NCBI RefSeq assembly: GCF_963853765.1
Contig: NC_088855.1
Coordinates: 47,802,001 to 47,866,000, forward strand
DNA: 64,000 nt
Direction: 5' to 3'
DNA from: Magallana gigas
Taxonomy: Eukaryota
In this document: in pieces, positions 38,901 to 49,612 of the stretch
How positions within the stretch are numbered: the first letter of the stretch is position 1
How the letters are laid out: every line of letters begins with the position of its first letter
Program-made: the position numbers and the translations under genes
Notes under the pieces: model-generated
Told to the model about the DNA's origin: nothing
The model's input: the letters and a program-made list of their open reading frames with translations, nothing else
Database searches by the model: none

Positions 38901-39917
38901 TCAGGTTCGTCAAATTCTATTGGTTTAATTGTCCTGCTTTCACCACATTCCTGCTTACAACCTTCCAAATCTGCAAATAAAAAAAAATACATTTGTGGCT
39001 AAAATGCAAATTGAGAACTACGGTATGTAATCTATACTGAAAATGATCTAGTGTTACTAAATTAAACATGACAAAAGTGTTCTATTGTAAACAGTCATTT
39101 AATATATATTTACATCCACTAAGTATGATTCTCTCTATTTGTTACGGAAATTGAATGTAATTCATAGCTTTATTGAGACTAAAAAGACTGAAATATACAC
39201 AATCTAGTTCTAACCAGTTTATCAATGGGTCGAAACCTTCAGCAACCTAAGGAAAATCACAGAGTGCAAGAAGTATAAATCTCAAATTCTAATGTAAGAT
39301 GACTTGGAAACGTATAGGTAAAATGACTTGGGTCTATCTCAACGAGGTTTATATATTTTTTCTGCAATGTTGCTACCTTCATATCCAGCATACATTATCA
39401 AAGAAAGCATTTTATTGTATAGATTAATGTACAAATGCAAAATTCCAATGAAAAATAAACTCAAAAAGAATTTCTGTGCAAATTTCTAAATCACACTGTC
39501 AAATGTCAACATATCATGTTGGACAGCTTCTTATCAACATCTGCAACCATTATTGTTGTACATACACAATCCTAAATATTACCTGAAAATGAAATGGTGT
39601 CTGCTTCCGTGTCCAAACCAGCCTGTATGTCTTTAGCATCTTTGTACCTTAATAAAATAACAATATTAATAAAGAAGCAATCCAATTTCAAGATCATTTT
39701 TGTGTTCAAAAGAACAAAACATATTTGATTTTTGAATTATATAATGCATGTACCTATCATGAAGATCAAGAAGGTACTCCATCACTTGACAAGCTTGTGA
39801 GAAGTTGTTTTCCAAAGAGACAGCTTCCATACGCTGGAAGATACCAGGACAGACCATGAGAGGGCACAGATCTCCTTCTTCATGTCTATGACTACTGCCT
39901 ATAAAATCCGCCATCAT
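35978..39917 (-). CDS. Multi-zinc-finger protein (~1073 aa, ~10 C2H2/C2HC fingers in three clusters), uncharacterised
   Basis: Exons (minus): 39917-39754 (ATG; exon begins 39933), 39647-39583, 38970-35978(TAG); total 3222 nt, in frame. Fingers include CPKC..HLAIKH, CPVC..HTHIC, CKICGQKF..EHVQGKH, CTCGKTFKWRSSFSGHRRNC, CSICGMKL..EHTLGKH, CSCGMKFKWRSSLGSHQKHC. Probable non-coding exon 1 ends at 40464 (AG|gtaaga). Confidence 0.9.
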
Positions 39918-40732
39918 CAAAGGCTGCACTCACCTGAAAAAGAATATACCTTTGAATCACATCAGTTTACTATGATTTGAAAAGTAAAGTAATCCTTCAC
40001 AAATTAGATTATATTTAAAATTTAATGCAGCAAAGACCCCTGAATTATGATGATTTTAAAAAAAAAATACTCCGCTACATAAATCGGACAGCAAAGCATT
40101 TCCATTTAAAATGTCATTATAACTTTTGGGCATAACTATACCCCTTGCAACTATATAAACAATATGCCATTTCATAAATTTTAAGTAAGAACGAATTATA
40201 ATTTTGAATTCCCTCTCTGTGTTTGGCAATTATTACAAAAAACACAAATAAAGACATGCGCTCTTTTTGTATTCGGTTTTCTGTGTATGGAACCGAGATT
40301 ACATGCATGTTGTACAACAAAGAATGTACATTTATTCAACATGGCGTACACGCTGCTTTCTGTACGCAAAACAAAACATTGCTGTGATTTTAAATTTTTT
40401 GCTCATGGCATATATTTTAGCATTTTGCTATTTATTAAACATAAGCTAAAATAACAGTCTTACCTTTTGTCGACATCTTTTGAGATCATGTTGCCATAAA
40501 ATAAAACATTACCAGCAAAGTTCAGCAGCGCGTACAATTTCATGGGAAGCAACTCGTGATATAATAATATCTACAGGGTGTGCCGATAGTTCTATACCAC
40601 AGAGTTGGAGTCTTCAACTGCTGATAATATTTTATACGTCAACAGTTGGAATTAGCTTTGACAGTGGCAGTTGTTGAAATAACTGAAATGGAGAGGACAT
40701 CCACGGATGAACCAGAAATTTATCGGAGGGGG

Positions 40733-41071
40733 GAGGATAATTTTGTTGGCGGCAGGGGGTTGGGGGGGGGGGGGGTTTCCAACGCCTAGTTTAGGTAAGT
40801 TTACGTGCAGTTATTTTACAATGTGGATTTAACTGTTTAATAAGTCTGAATTTTCCAGGAAGAGGTATTTGCACTAAATAGATTGAAATTTCTGAGGAGG
40901 TCCGAGGGATAATTTTGTTCACGGGCAGCAGGGGGTTGGGGGGGGGGGGGTCCAACGCCCAGTTTAGGTAAGTTTACGTGCAGTTATTTTACAATGTGAA
41001 TTTAACTGTTTAATAAGTCTGAATTTTCCAGGAAGGGGTATTTGCACTGAATAGACTGAAATTACTGAGGA
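40733..41071 (+). repeat. Tandem dimer of a ~170-bp G-tract-containing unit
   Basis: ggataattttgtt..gcagggggttggggg..ccaacgc..agtttaggtaagtttacgtgcagttattttacaatgtg..ctgaggag occurs at ~40733 and ~40904. Confidence 0.85.
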
Positions 41072-41569
41072 GATATTATATTGACCAATTATTGGCATAT
41101 ACTGCTAGGATCCAGAAAATTTTTAAGGGGCGGGTGATTTTTCAAGAGGGCGGGGGGGGGGGGGGGGGGGTGTCTGAGAGCTATTTATTTGAATTTATTA
41201 AGGTTGTTTTTTGCATATTTGAAACCGGACGGAATTTAATAAACAAAAACAGAATCCAGTTTGAGGTGTAGAGTTATTTTGTGCGCGGCATCAAAACCCC
41301 CATAACAGTGACCACCCCCATCCTCACACGGGACGGCCGGACGGCCACGAGTGGACTCAGGACCCATGACATTGTGAGGATGGACCCTTTCATGAGGTGC
41401 GAAGGTCAGACTTCTAGAATGATAGTGTTGATTTGGTGGGATATGGGATTTCTGATATGTACACTTCAAAAATATAAAACGTCAAACTGGAAAATCATTA
41501 CTATAAAAATATAGTATAGACAATGTCAGCATATGTCTGTCCACTCTGCATGACGACCAGTTCCAAAAT

Positions 41570-42250
41570 CATGAACAAGAGCCTTTCTAACAAAAGAAAT
41601 TTATACCTCTTAAACAAATCACATGACCAGACTCTATAAAAAAAACTATAAATAGGATAGTGACCACAGGTTAATACCTGAGTACTTGAGCAACGTTATT
41701 CCTCCTGTAACAAAAAATGACTCGATATATTACACTAGAAATAGCGAGATTTGTATTGTCCCAATCAGCAGATTAGAACTTTATAAAAAATCTTTTGTAC
41801 CTGACACCATTTGGAAATGGAAATCTCAAATTAGAAGTTAGGGAAGCAACGTCTCTCAACATATTCAAGAAAAAAATAATAACTGAGGTATTCCTCAACC
41901 CCCGAAATATTTTTCATTTGGTAAACGCACTATTAATATTTTACATACGAAATATTGAGACACAGCACTAGCTGTATTTTGAATAATGATCTGTACCGAT
42001 GAAACATTATTGAATCACCTATTAGATTTGTGGTCAAAAGGAGGATGTTTATCACTTCTTCTTTGTGTCCAAGAATTATGTAAATGCAAGAAACAATTTA
42101 TTTGAATTACTTTTAATAGGCTTGAAGAAACAGTTTTAATTAATTCACATTTTCTTGTTTGGGGTAGTGACAATTTATCTTATAATACAAATGAACTGCT
42201 TATTTTTTTCAGCAGTTCAAAACTTTATTAAAGAGTGGAAGATTAAATAA
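41570..42250 (+). mobile_element. 5'-truncated, decayed CR1/L2-clade LINE (ORF2 C-terminus)
   Basis: Frameshifted peptides LIPEYLSNVIPP, SRLELYKKSFVPDTIWKW, PKYFSFGKR.INILHT, EDVYHFFF.C, GSDNLSYNTN, AVQNFIK; typical post-RT tail of CR1-like ORF2. Confidence 0.8.
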
Positions 42251-42827
42251 TTATTTTTTTGTTTTGTTTATTGCTATTTTTATACTGTATATCAACACTA
42301 TTTACTATATATTCGCAAATATTTTGTAAATGCTAGAAGTAACATTTAATATCACTATGACAATTGACTTCAATATAACTACCAGGTATTATTAAATAAT
42401 AATTCAAATCTGAATTATGATAAAATCTACTATATACACCTGATATAAGCACATTGATCTCACAAATGTGGCAACAAGATCATAATACCATGATAAGACG
42501 GGTTCAGTAACATAACACAGTCATACTCAAACACACCTGCCGACGCCTGCCTGTCGTTTACCTGATGGATAATTTTAATTTTTTTCTTTTAAATTTTATT
42601 TTACTTCACTAAATTAATGATCATAGAAATAAAAAGTTGACTCTTTATTCATTGATTAACACAAAACTACTAAAAATCAGGTATGTAGATAGCGCTTAAC
42701 ATAACATGCGGTGAATAAAAGAAATGGCTCTTCGAGAATATATATATAATCAAATATGACCCCTCATCACCACCCTGCACCCCCAAACATTATTATATAT
42801 ATTTAAATTTTTTGACACGATACAGTG

Positions 42828-43190
42828 CATGCGTCGGAAGCAAATTGAAAGTGGTGGGGGAAGGCTTGACTAATCATCAGAAATCTTGACAAACAAAAAA
42901 GAAAAAATCCGGGGGGGGGGGGGGTAGTTTACCTATAACTGCAATTTTCAATATCACTCCTTACATTCTACCGAAAATGTGAGGGCGCCAGCTTCAAATT
43001 CCTGATACTTCATTTTTTTGTATGCAAAATTAGGAAAAATTATGTTTGTTGCGAGAAAAGTGTGTGTGTGGGGGGGGGGGGGGGGGGGCTGGCGCCATTA
43101 ACAACTCCTGATGCTATATGCTTGATGGTCATCTCTAATTAAGTTTGCAAAAAACTTAGCCCCCCCCCCCCCCCTGTTCCGACGCCTATG
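42828..43190. mobile_element. Poly-G MITE related internally to the 21545/23070 copies
   Basis: CATGCGTCGGAA ... TTCCGACGCCTATG termini; shared internal aaatcttgacaa.caaaaaa and gcgagaaaag..ggggg. Confidence 0.65.
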
Positions 43191-43608
43191 CGATATATTG
43201 TAATATGTATATATTTATTCACAAACCAAGGCTCATGGGGGAATATGCATTAAAACAATAAAACAACATGATTATAACAAAAAATGGATTGAATTTATAT
43301 ATAACTATTTTACTATAAGCTACGATGGGAGGTACATATCTGCCAAGTTGTCATACACATATGCAAGGGTAAAGATTTATTTGCTAGAAGTACAGAAATA
43401 AATTGAACACGATTTTATAATACGTATTGTGTAGATTTTTATCGTTTTATTTAGCCATCAATCCACAAATCGTGATGATTTATCAATTCTTTTCTCATCG
43501 GTGTAATTTTCCCCAAACAAACCATTGTCCGTTTTTATGCGTACTTCATTATTTTCCAGAGCTTCCGGTTCAACGTGGCCTTGACCTAATAGGGAAGTCG
43601 TACACTGC

Positions 43609-43624
43609 TGGCGGTTTGTTTGAA
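43609..43624 (+). promoter_or_regulatory. CDE/CHR tandem element (DREAM/MuvB-type G2/M promoter element)
   Basis: TGGCGG-tttg-TTTGAA: a CDE, 4-nt spacer and exact CHR, ending 9 nt before the ATG at 43634; ETS-like CTTCCGG at 43562. Confidence 0.72.
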
Positions 43625-43633
43625 TCGGGCGCA

Positions 43634-46423
43634 ATGGAAACGTTAAAAAAGCTGCACCTTCCGTGGAATTTAGGGAAACGATATAATGTTATAAAGGGTA
43701 AAGAAAATTCATATTATAATACACCAAATCCCAAGATAGATGATACAATAGACGACTGTGTTCAAGAAGACATTCCTCCCAGAAGGCTTCGGCGCAACAC
43801 AAGCCTAACTCGATCGGTTCGAGACGTAGTGGGGACATTACGACAGGTTTGTCACGACAAGTGTTTACGTACTTTATTAAACATTTTTCCTTAGTAAAGT
43901 TAAACTCCCTCTAAGTTAATTGTGTGTTTAATAAAAATTCAATCTATTTTTACTCACCATGCTCAGATATTCAGATATTTAATCTGAATAGCCATCTGGC
44001 AGTAATATTTTGATTAATCAAGTTATGTTACAATCTGAATCATCTCTTGATGAATTAAAAATTCAATGAAGATAAAGCCATCATTATGCGCTGATATAGA
44101 AATCATTTTTCCCAAGGACCCCCTTTCTACACATGGTCTTAGATGTGATTCAATCACTGATTGTAGTGATTTACAATATGGATTGTTTTTAGTGTTAAAT
44201 CTGACCTATGATTCAATAAATGAATAACCCCTCTCCTCAGTAAGTGTCGTACTGTTGTAATACACGTAACAGAAATATAAAATGTATTTGTTTATAATAG
44301 ATGTAAAATGTATAAAAATGTATATTCATTTATACATTTATATTGCAATTTTTGCAATCTGAATATTTAACCTATCATATCCACAGAAAATAAAATCATC
44401 TACAAAAAGACGAATGCGATTTAATGACCATGACGAGATTACTTCACCAACCCATTCAACTATAACAAAACAAAGAAAGAGCAAAAGGAAACCAACAACA
44501 CCGAAACAGACGAAGAATTCAATTGCCTACAGAGAAGTCAAGTTGTACTCACCCTTCCAAATTGAAACACCACCAACAAAAACGCCACCTGGAATCAGAA
44601 CATCAACCCGTTCGCGGATGCAGTAAGTGTTATTATGATCATTGTTGGAAACCCATTGCCAGTTTTTTTTAGGTTTACTCATTGTCATTGATATTGACTT
44701 AAGGTCAATCTCATTGTTGAACTTTTCTCATTTTTATGAATATATTTAATTCTCACTTCACCATTGAGAAAGCAACTTCTTTTCAAAGTTGTTGGGGATG
44801 TGAAAAAACAATCATAGTATGAATTTTAAAAACCTGCTGATGCTGTTTTTAATAATGGCATTTGTAAGCATTCAGATTAACATACTGGTAGTCTTATAAA
44901 AATCAAACCTCAATTTTGATTGGATTGTTTGGACATTTAAAATAACAGGAGCTTGCAAAGGTTTGAATTTAATCAGAATTGCCATCACTGACATTAACAT
45001 CTTTCACAAATGTGTGAAGGAGCCAATCAAAATATAGCATGAATTAATACATCTTCGCTAGCCACTTTGCTCCCCATAAACCCTTGGCGGATTTCATTAC
45101 GAAAACTCGGTGATGTGGTGGATCTATCTAGCGAGCAACTTGAGTTGTGCCCCTTGCATATTTACATTGTAATCGAATTAAACAATGGGTTATATACACA
45201 CTACAGCATTAATACAACTTGAAAACATATTGATAACCGATATCGGAACATAATTAACAATGTTATTAAATATGAATAACGGTAAGTTATAACCCAGGGA
45301 AAGCATGGCATGTTTTATTCATAGTGTTTTGTAGGGACCTGTACTGGGAGTGAAAAAGTTGCCGATTTATATGAAAGCTTTCATGCCATAAAACCAGGTA
45401 TCTTTGTCGTGAATATTGTGGACCAAAGAAATTAAACAAAACACAGCTCATTGAACCCTTAAAAGCAATAACCATAAGCAGGAACGTATATACTAACGGG
45501 ATAGACAACTTTTACATTCGCCATGTTTACTTCCCATGCTATCATGCAAGCTTTGACAAGTTTGTAGAACTATGTGCATTCCCAGTAAAACATACAGGTT
45601 TTTTAAATCAATCTGGTTAGACCATCGTTGGGGAAGCACAGTACTCAAGAACTTGTGTCTCAACTTGTTAAAAGCACTGAATGTTTGACCAAAGATCACA
45701 CTTGTGTTTTCTTTTAAAGTTTATATTTACCAGCACTGCGATTGGATCTGTTACTCGCAGCTGCAGCCAATCATAAAACGGAGCTTGTCACAGAGTTTTC
45801 GTAATGAAATCCGCCAAGGGTTTATGGGGAGCAAAGTGGACCAAAAACCCTTGGCTATCGAATGAATGAATAATTATTATTCATGAAAATGAGAAAAGTT
45901 CAAGGAGTTGACTAACATCCCACAATGACTTTTGATTTAGTGATAGGATTTTCACAAGATTGATTTATACTGGTTCTTTGCATGATTTTTATTAATTCCA
46001 TGAATATTATATTACGCTTATGAGAGTGAGTTAAATCTATGAAAAAAAACAACAGCGTGGAATATTATACACATTTAAAAATTGTATAAATATTTTACAT
46101 GACTGACATTGATACTGTAGGTTTCATCAAATGGAGACGCCAACTCGTTTAAGAAGGGAAGTAGAATCCTTAACAGCTAATATGCAGGCGCTGGCAACCC
46201 TGAGTCCCAATGATCTGAAGCAAAGAACAACCAGGTATAAAACTACTTTCACAGACTGAACCGGAAAAAAATTTATTATGAAATACAGAAATGCAATCAA
46301 AGTTGATTATTTATTGTTTTCAGACAGCGAGGTAAATCTCCCTTGACCAATGGTAGTTTTCAGAGAATGGGAATTAGAACAAGTCTGAGACTACAGCACA
46401 AGATAGAAACAAATCTCTTGTAA
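43634..46423 (+). CDS. 220-aa basic, disordered, S/T-P-rich protein with KEN box; candidate PIMREG/FAM64A (RCS1)-like cell-cycle protein
   Basis: Exons 43634-43846, 44387-44622, 46121-46234, 46324-46423(TAA); GT-AG, phases 0/2/2, 663 nt. METLKKLHLPWNLGKRYNVIKGKENSYYNTP...RSVRDVVGTLRQKIKSSTKRR...TSPTHS...REVKLYSPFQIETP...MQALATLSPNDLKQ...KIETNLL. The gene model is well supported; the family assignment is only a recalled motif-level resemblance. Confidence 0.8.
45062..45839. mobile_element. 778-bp element with perfect 47-bp TIRs beginning (C)CACTTTG, in intron 2 of the 220-aa gene
   Basis: CCACTTTGCTCCCCATAAACCCTTGGCGGATTTCATTACGAAAACTC at 45062 and its exact reverse complement ending 45839; no TSD visible; no intact ORF. 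Confidence 0.85.
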
Positions 46424-46999
46424 TTGGCCTCGTTTTATACTTTGGAGGACAAAATCTCAATTACGAAGATCATATGCATGCTCTTTTAATATTATATTTA
46501 TAATATTTTACTGTATTAAACAGTATTACATAATCATGATTATGCATGAGTTTTTGTATACATTGTATATATGTACTCTTATAAATTTTGTGATACAATG
46601 TACCATTTAAGCATACCAATACACATACCAAAGTCATATTTGTAATGTGAACATCAGTTTAAATTAAGTAAATCCTCATATTTGTTATCAAATACCTGGT
46701 ACATGAATGTTGGCTGTGTAGTTTATCCTGGCATTGGTTTGTTTGCCATAATCACGTGTCCCTCTTGCTGGTGAGAATTAAAGAATTTCCAAACCCTGAA
46801 GTAAGTTTTGTTGCAGTGTAGTTTGAAATTGTAAATAGAAACAATTTTTAATTATTATGTTGAGATTTTTTTAACTTTTTACATCATTTTATGTTGAGAT
46901 TTTTTTTCCTTTTTGTTAGTTTTGTAATAGTTGTAGCTGGGTTGTTTTAAATATTTCTAAAGCAGTGCTTTGCAATTGAGCTTTTAACTGGGTTATATA

Positions 47000-47165
47000 T
47001 AGAATGACTCTTCTAGACAAATTTCCTTTTGCTCATTAGGAGTTAACAGTGTGTTCAACCTATAGATAAATGATTTGTCCTTGTCACATGTGGGCATTGT
47101 TATTTTTTGGTGCTTTTCATGTAAAACTGATGTTTGCATTTTAGCTGAACAGGTCTGTCCCATTC
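47000..47165 (-). pseudogene. Possible decayed RING-finger fragment
   Basis: Minus strand EWDRPVQLKCKHQF(Y)MK(S)TKK*QCP, then after a frameshift TCDKDKSFIYRLNTLL..EICLEE. The PVxLxCxHxF core is intact, but two Cys are substituted and there is a stop and a frameshift. Confidence 0.3.
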
Positions 47166-48229
47166 CTGTTTTTACTTTGTTTTGTTTTTTATTAGCAAAT
47201 ATTTGATTAGTCGTAAGTCCTACCTCAGGTAAATGATATACATGTACAAGTACATGCTGCTTATGGCATAGATTTCTGTTTGATTTTCTAAGTTTTTGCT
47301 GTCTTCTCTCACACTCTTTTTGTCGAATAAATGCAATGCAATATTGTATTTTCTGTTGTTGATTCTGTGTTGTTCTACGCATATTCAAGTATATCTCTAT
47401 ATTATAGAGGAAATAAAGTATGTTACAGAAGATCCCCAGGAAGTTTAACTTTTAAGAATGTTTGGAATATGTTTTATATTTAATCAATGTAGACTTTTCT
47501 TTTTAATATGGTCCAAGATAATGTTTTTTGTTCCTAACGGTTATGATTAATTGCTTGTGAAATGAAGGAGATCTTCATGTATGTTGGAAGTCCTTGGTTT
47601 TGACCGTTTCAGGCTACCAATCTAAATATTTTACGCATTTCCTCACTCGGACACCGGTTACCTGGTGAGTGTGCTACAGAGGACATAGCACCTCAAATCA
47701 GAGACATAGCGGCTAAACTAGCGGTCCGTTCAATTGACCTAGATATCTTCTACCTAGCGGCTACGATCTTAAATTTGAACGCAGCCAAATCATCAATGAG
47801 GATGACAACAACGAACAAAATTACACCACTAGTCTGAGACAGATCTCTCAATCTAATTAAAATTATACTTTTCACGTCCTCGTATAATATTGATTTGCAA
47901 ATCTCTAGAAACAATTTCTTTGGTTTAACGTTGTATTATCATTCAAGACGCTGAAAGTTTTTGATTATATACACCATGCATTCTAGACTGACGTTATAAA
48001 ATTGTTTAAAATTATAAAAATCAACAAATTTGTTTTTAACATTTCATGTAACAAATCTTCATTATAGTTTCCATAGTATGTCCCAGGTTTCCATCTCAAT
48101 GACCTTAAAGGCAATGTTCCAATATTTCTACTTTCATATTTTCCCCTCTTTTTACCAATGAAAGAGAAATTTACACAGGTGGAAAAAATAATTGTGTGTG
48201 TGTTCCTTTTAAAACCTCCATACTGTGAC

Positions 48230-48893
48230 CTACTTCCTATCGAAATAATAAAATCAAGTATACCCCCCCTAGTTGTCTAACATCGTGGACTAGTGCAATG
48301 GCTTTGAGCGTTAACTACGAATCTGCAAGTCAAGAGTTCGAGTTCGAATCTCGCTGGAGGTTTTGTTATTTTTACATATCAAAAAAATGTTAAAACATAT
48401 TTTTTAGTCAAATCTTATAGGATTTGAAAATTCTAAACCGCTGAAACTATTATGATTTTAATGTACTTTTATCGACATGAATATCAACAGGTGTCCCATG
48501 CACTGTACCACCTTAATTAACTGTCTTGTTGCTCGGATTAAGAGGGGATCCGTCACTCCCATTGGAAAATCAAAAATTAAATTCACACAGCCAGTAAAGT
48601 TACCGAAAAAAGGCGATGGACTCCCTGGTAAACTCAATTATCTCCATCGGACCACCCTACCCTTTGGGGAAAAATCTGGATTGATCCACGTCGAGCATGT
48701 TTCCTATTTAATGTATAGAAAATAAATATGATCACAAATGAAAAGAAATATTTCAGTTAATTAAAAGCAAATTTCCAAAATTTCTAGCTTTAGATAATGA
48801 ACAAAAATTTTTTTGGTTACTCAATATTGAATACAGGGAAATTCCTAATCCTGTGGGCAAATTTATAAATGATAACATGCTATAGTACTCCTT
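48230..48893 (+). mobile_element. Partial TTAA-type DNA element with tRNA-like cassette (~48285-48360)
   Basis: Homologous to the reverse complement of ~25720-25990 (aataaaatcaagtata, aattctaaacc..tgaaa); A box TAGTGCAATGG, B box GTTCGAATC; right end ...TAGTACTCCTT|ttaa; left end not found. Confidence 0.55.
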
Positions 48894-49612
48894 TTAAGTG
48901 AAATATGGTTGGAATGCTATAATTGTTATAATTTAATAGGCTAGTACGTCTTTCTCTTGTATTTATGATAATATGTCATGTACTTGTCTGTCCTGGACTC
49001 TGAATTGAAAATTAATGATCTGTTTCTGTATACCCTTATCCGCCCTGTGCAATAAACATGAAAACCAAAATTTCGCCTAACCACGTGTTAGGAAATTTGC
49101 TTTTGAATGACAGAAGTTACGAAGGAAAAACTAGCTACTAGATAATCTATTTTAACTTTTTGCGTATTCAATTAGATTTAATTTTAATTTAGCCATTTAA
49201 CTAAACTGTGTCTTGCAACTCAGTAGTTTATTAAACATGGTAAAAAAAATTGAATCTTTTTACTTTTATAGTAATCTCTGATTAATTGTGCATCAAAGGA
49301 GCCAGTTTAAAAATTGGTTTAAAAAGAGGCTTTTGGTGGCGTTTCCCCAATTATAGCGGCTAAGGGACATTACTTTTGTAAAGTGTGGTCTATTTAAAAA
49401 ATATTTACATATATTTTATACAAAAATCTTCTCTTAATAAATGAGATTAATATAGGCTAAAAATGACTAAGATCATTTAGCCCTTAATTCGGGATTTTTT
49501 ATGTTGTTCGTGTTAGAGTTTCGTTTCGGAACGAAAAGTTACTTCCGGCTTTATTTTTGCCAGTTGTTTTGCTTTGTTCAGAGACTGATTTTACTCAAGG
49601 CCTTGTTTAATT

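Noticed and set aside
41290-41400. Frame with several in-frame TGA codons as a selenoprotein fragment
   Set aside because: No SECIS, start or splice context seen; three TGAs in a short GC-rich stretch can arise by chance.
43427-43633. N-terminal extension of the 155-aa ORF-track protein
   Set aside because: It begins at a TTG in AT-rich sequence and runs through promoter motifs (ETS, CDE/CHR); the ATG at 43634 is the more plausible start.
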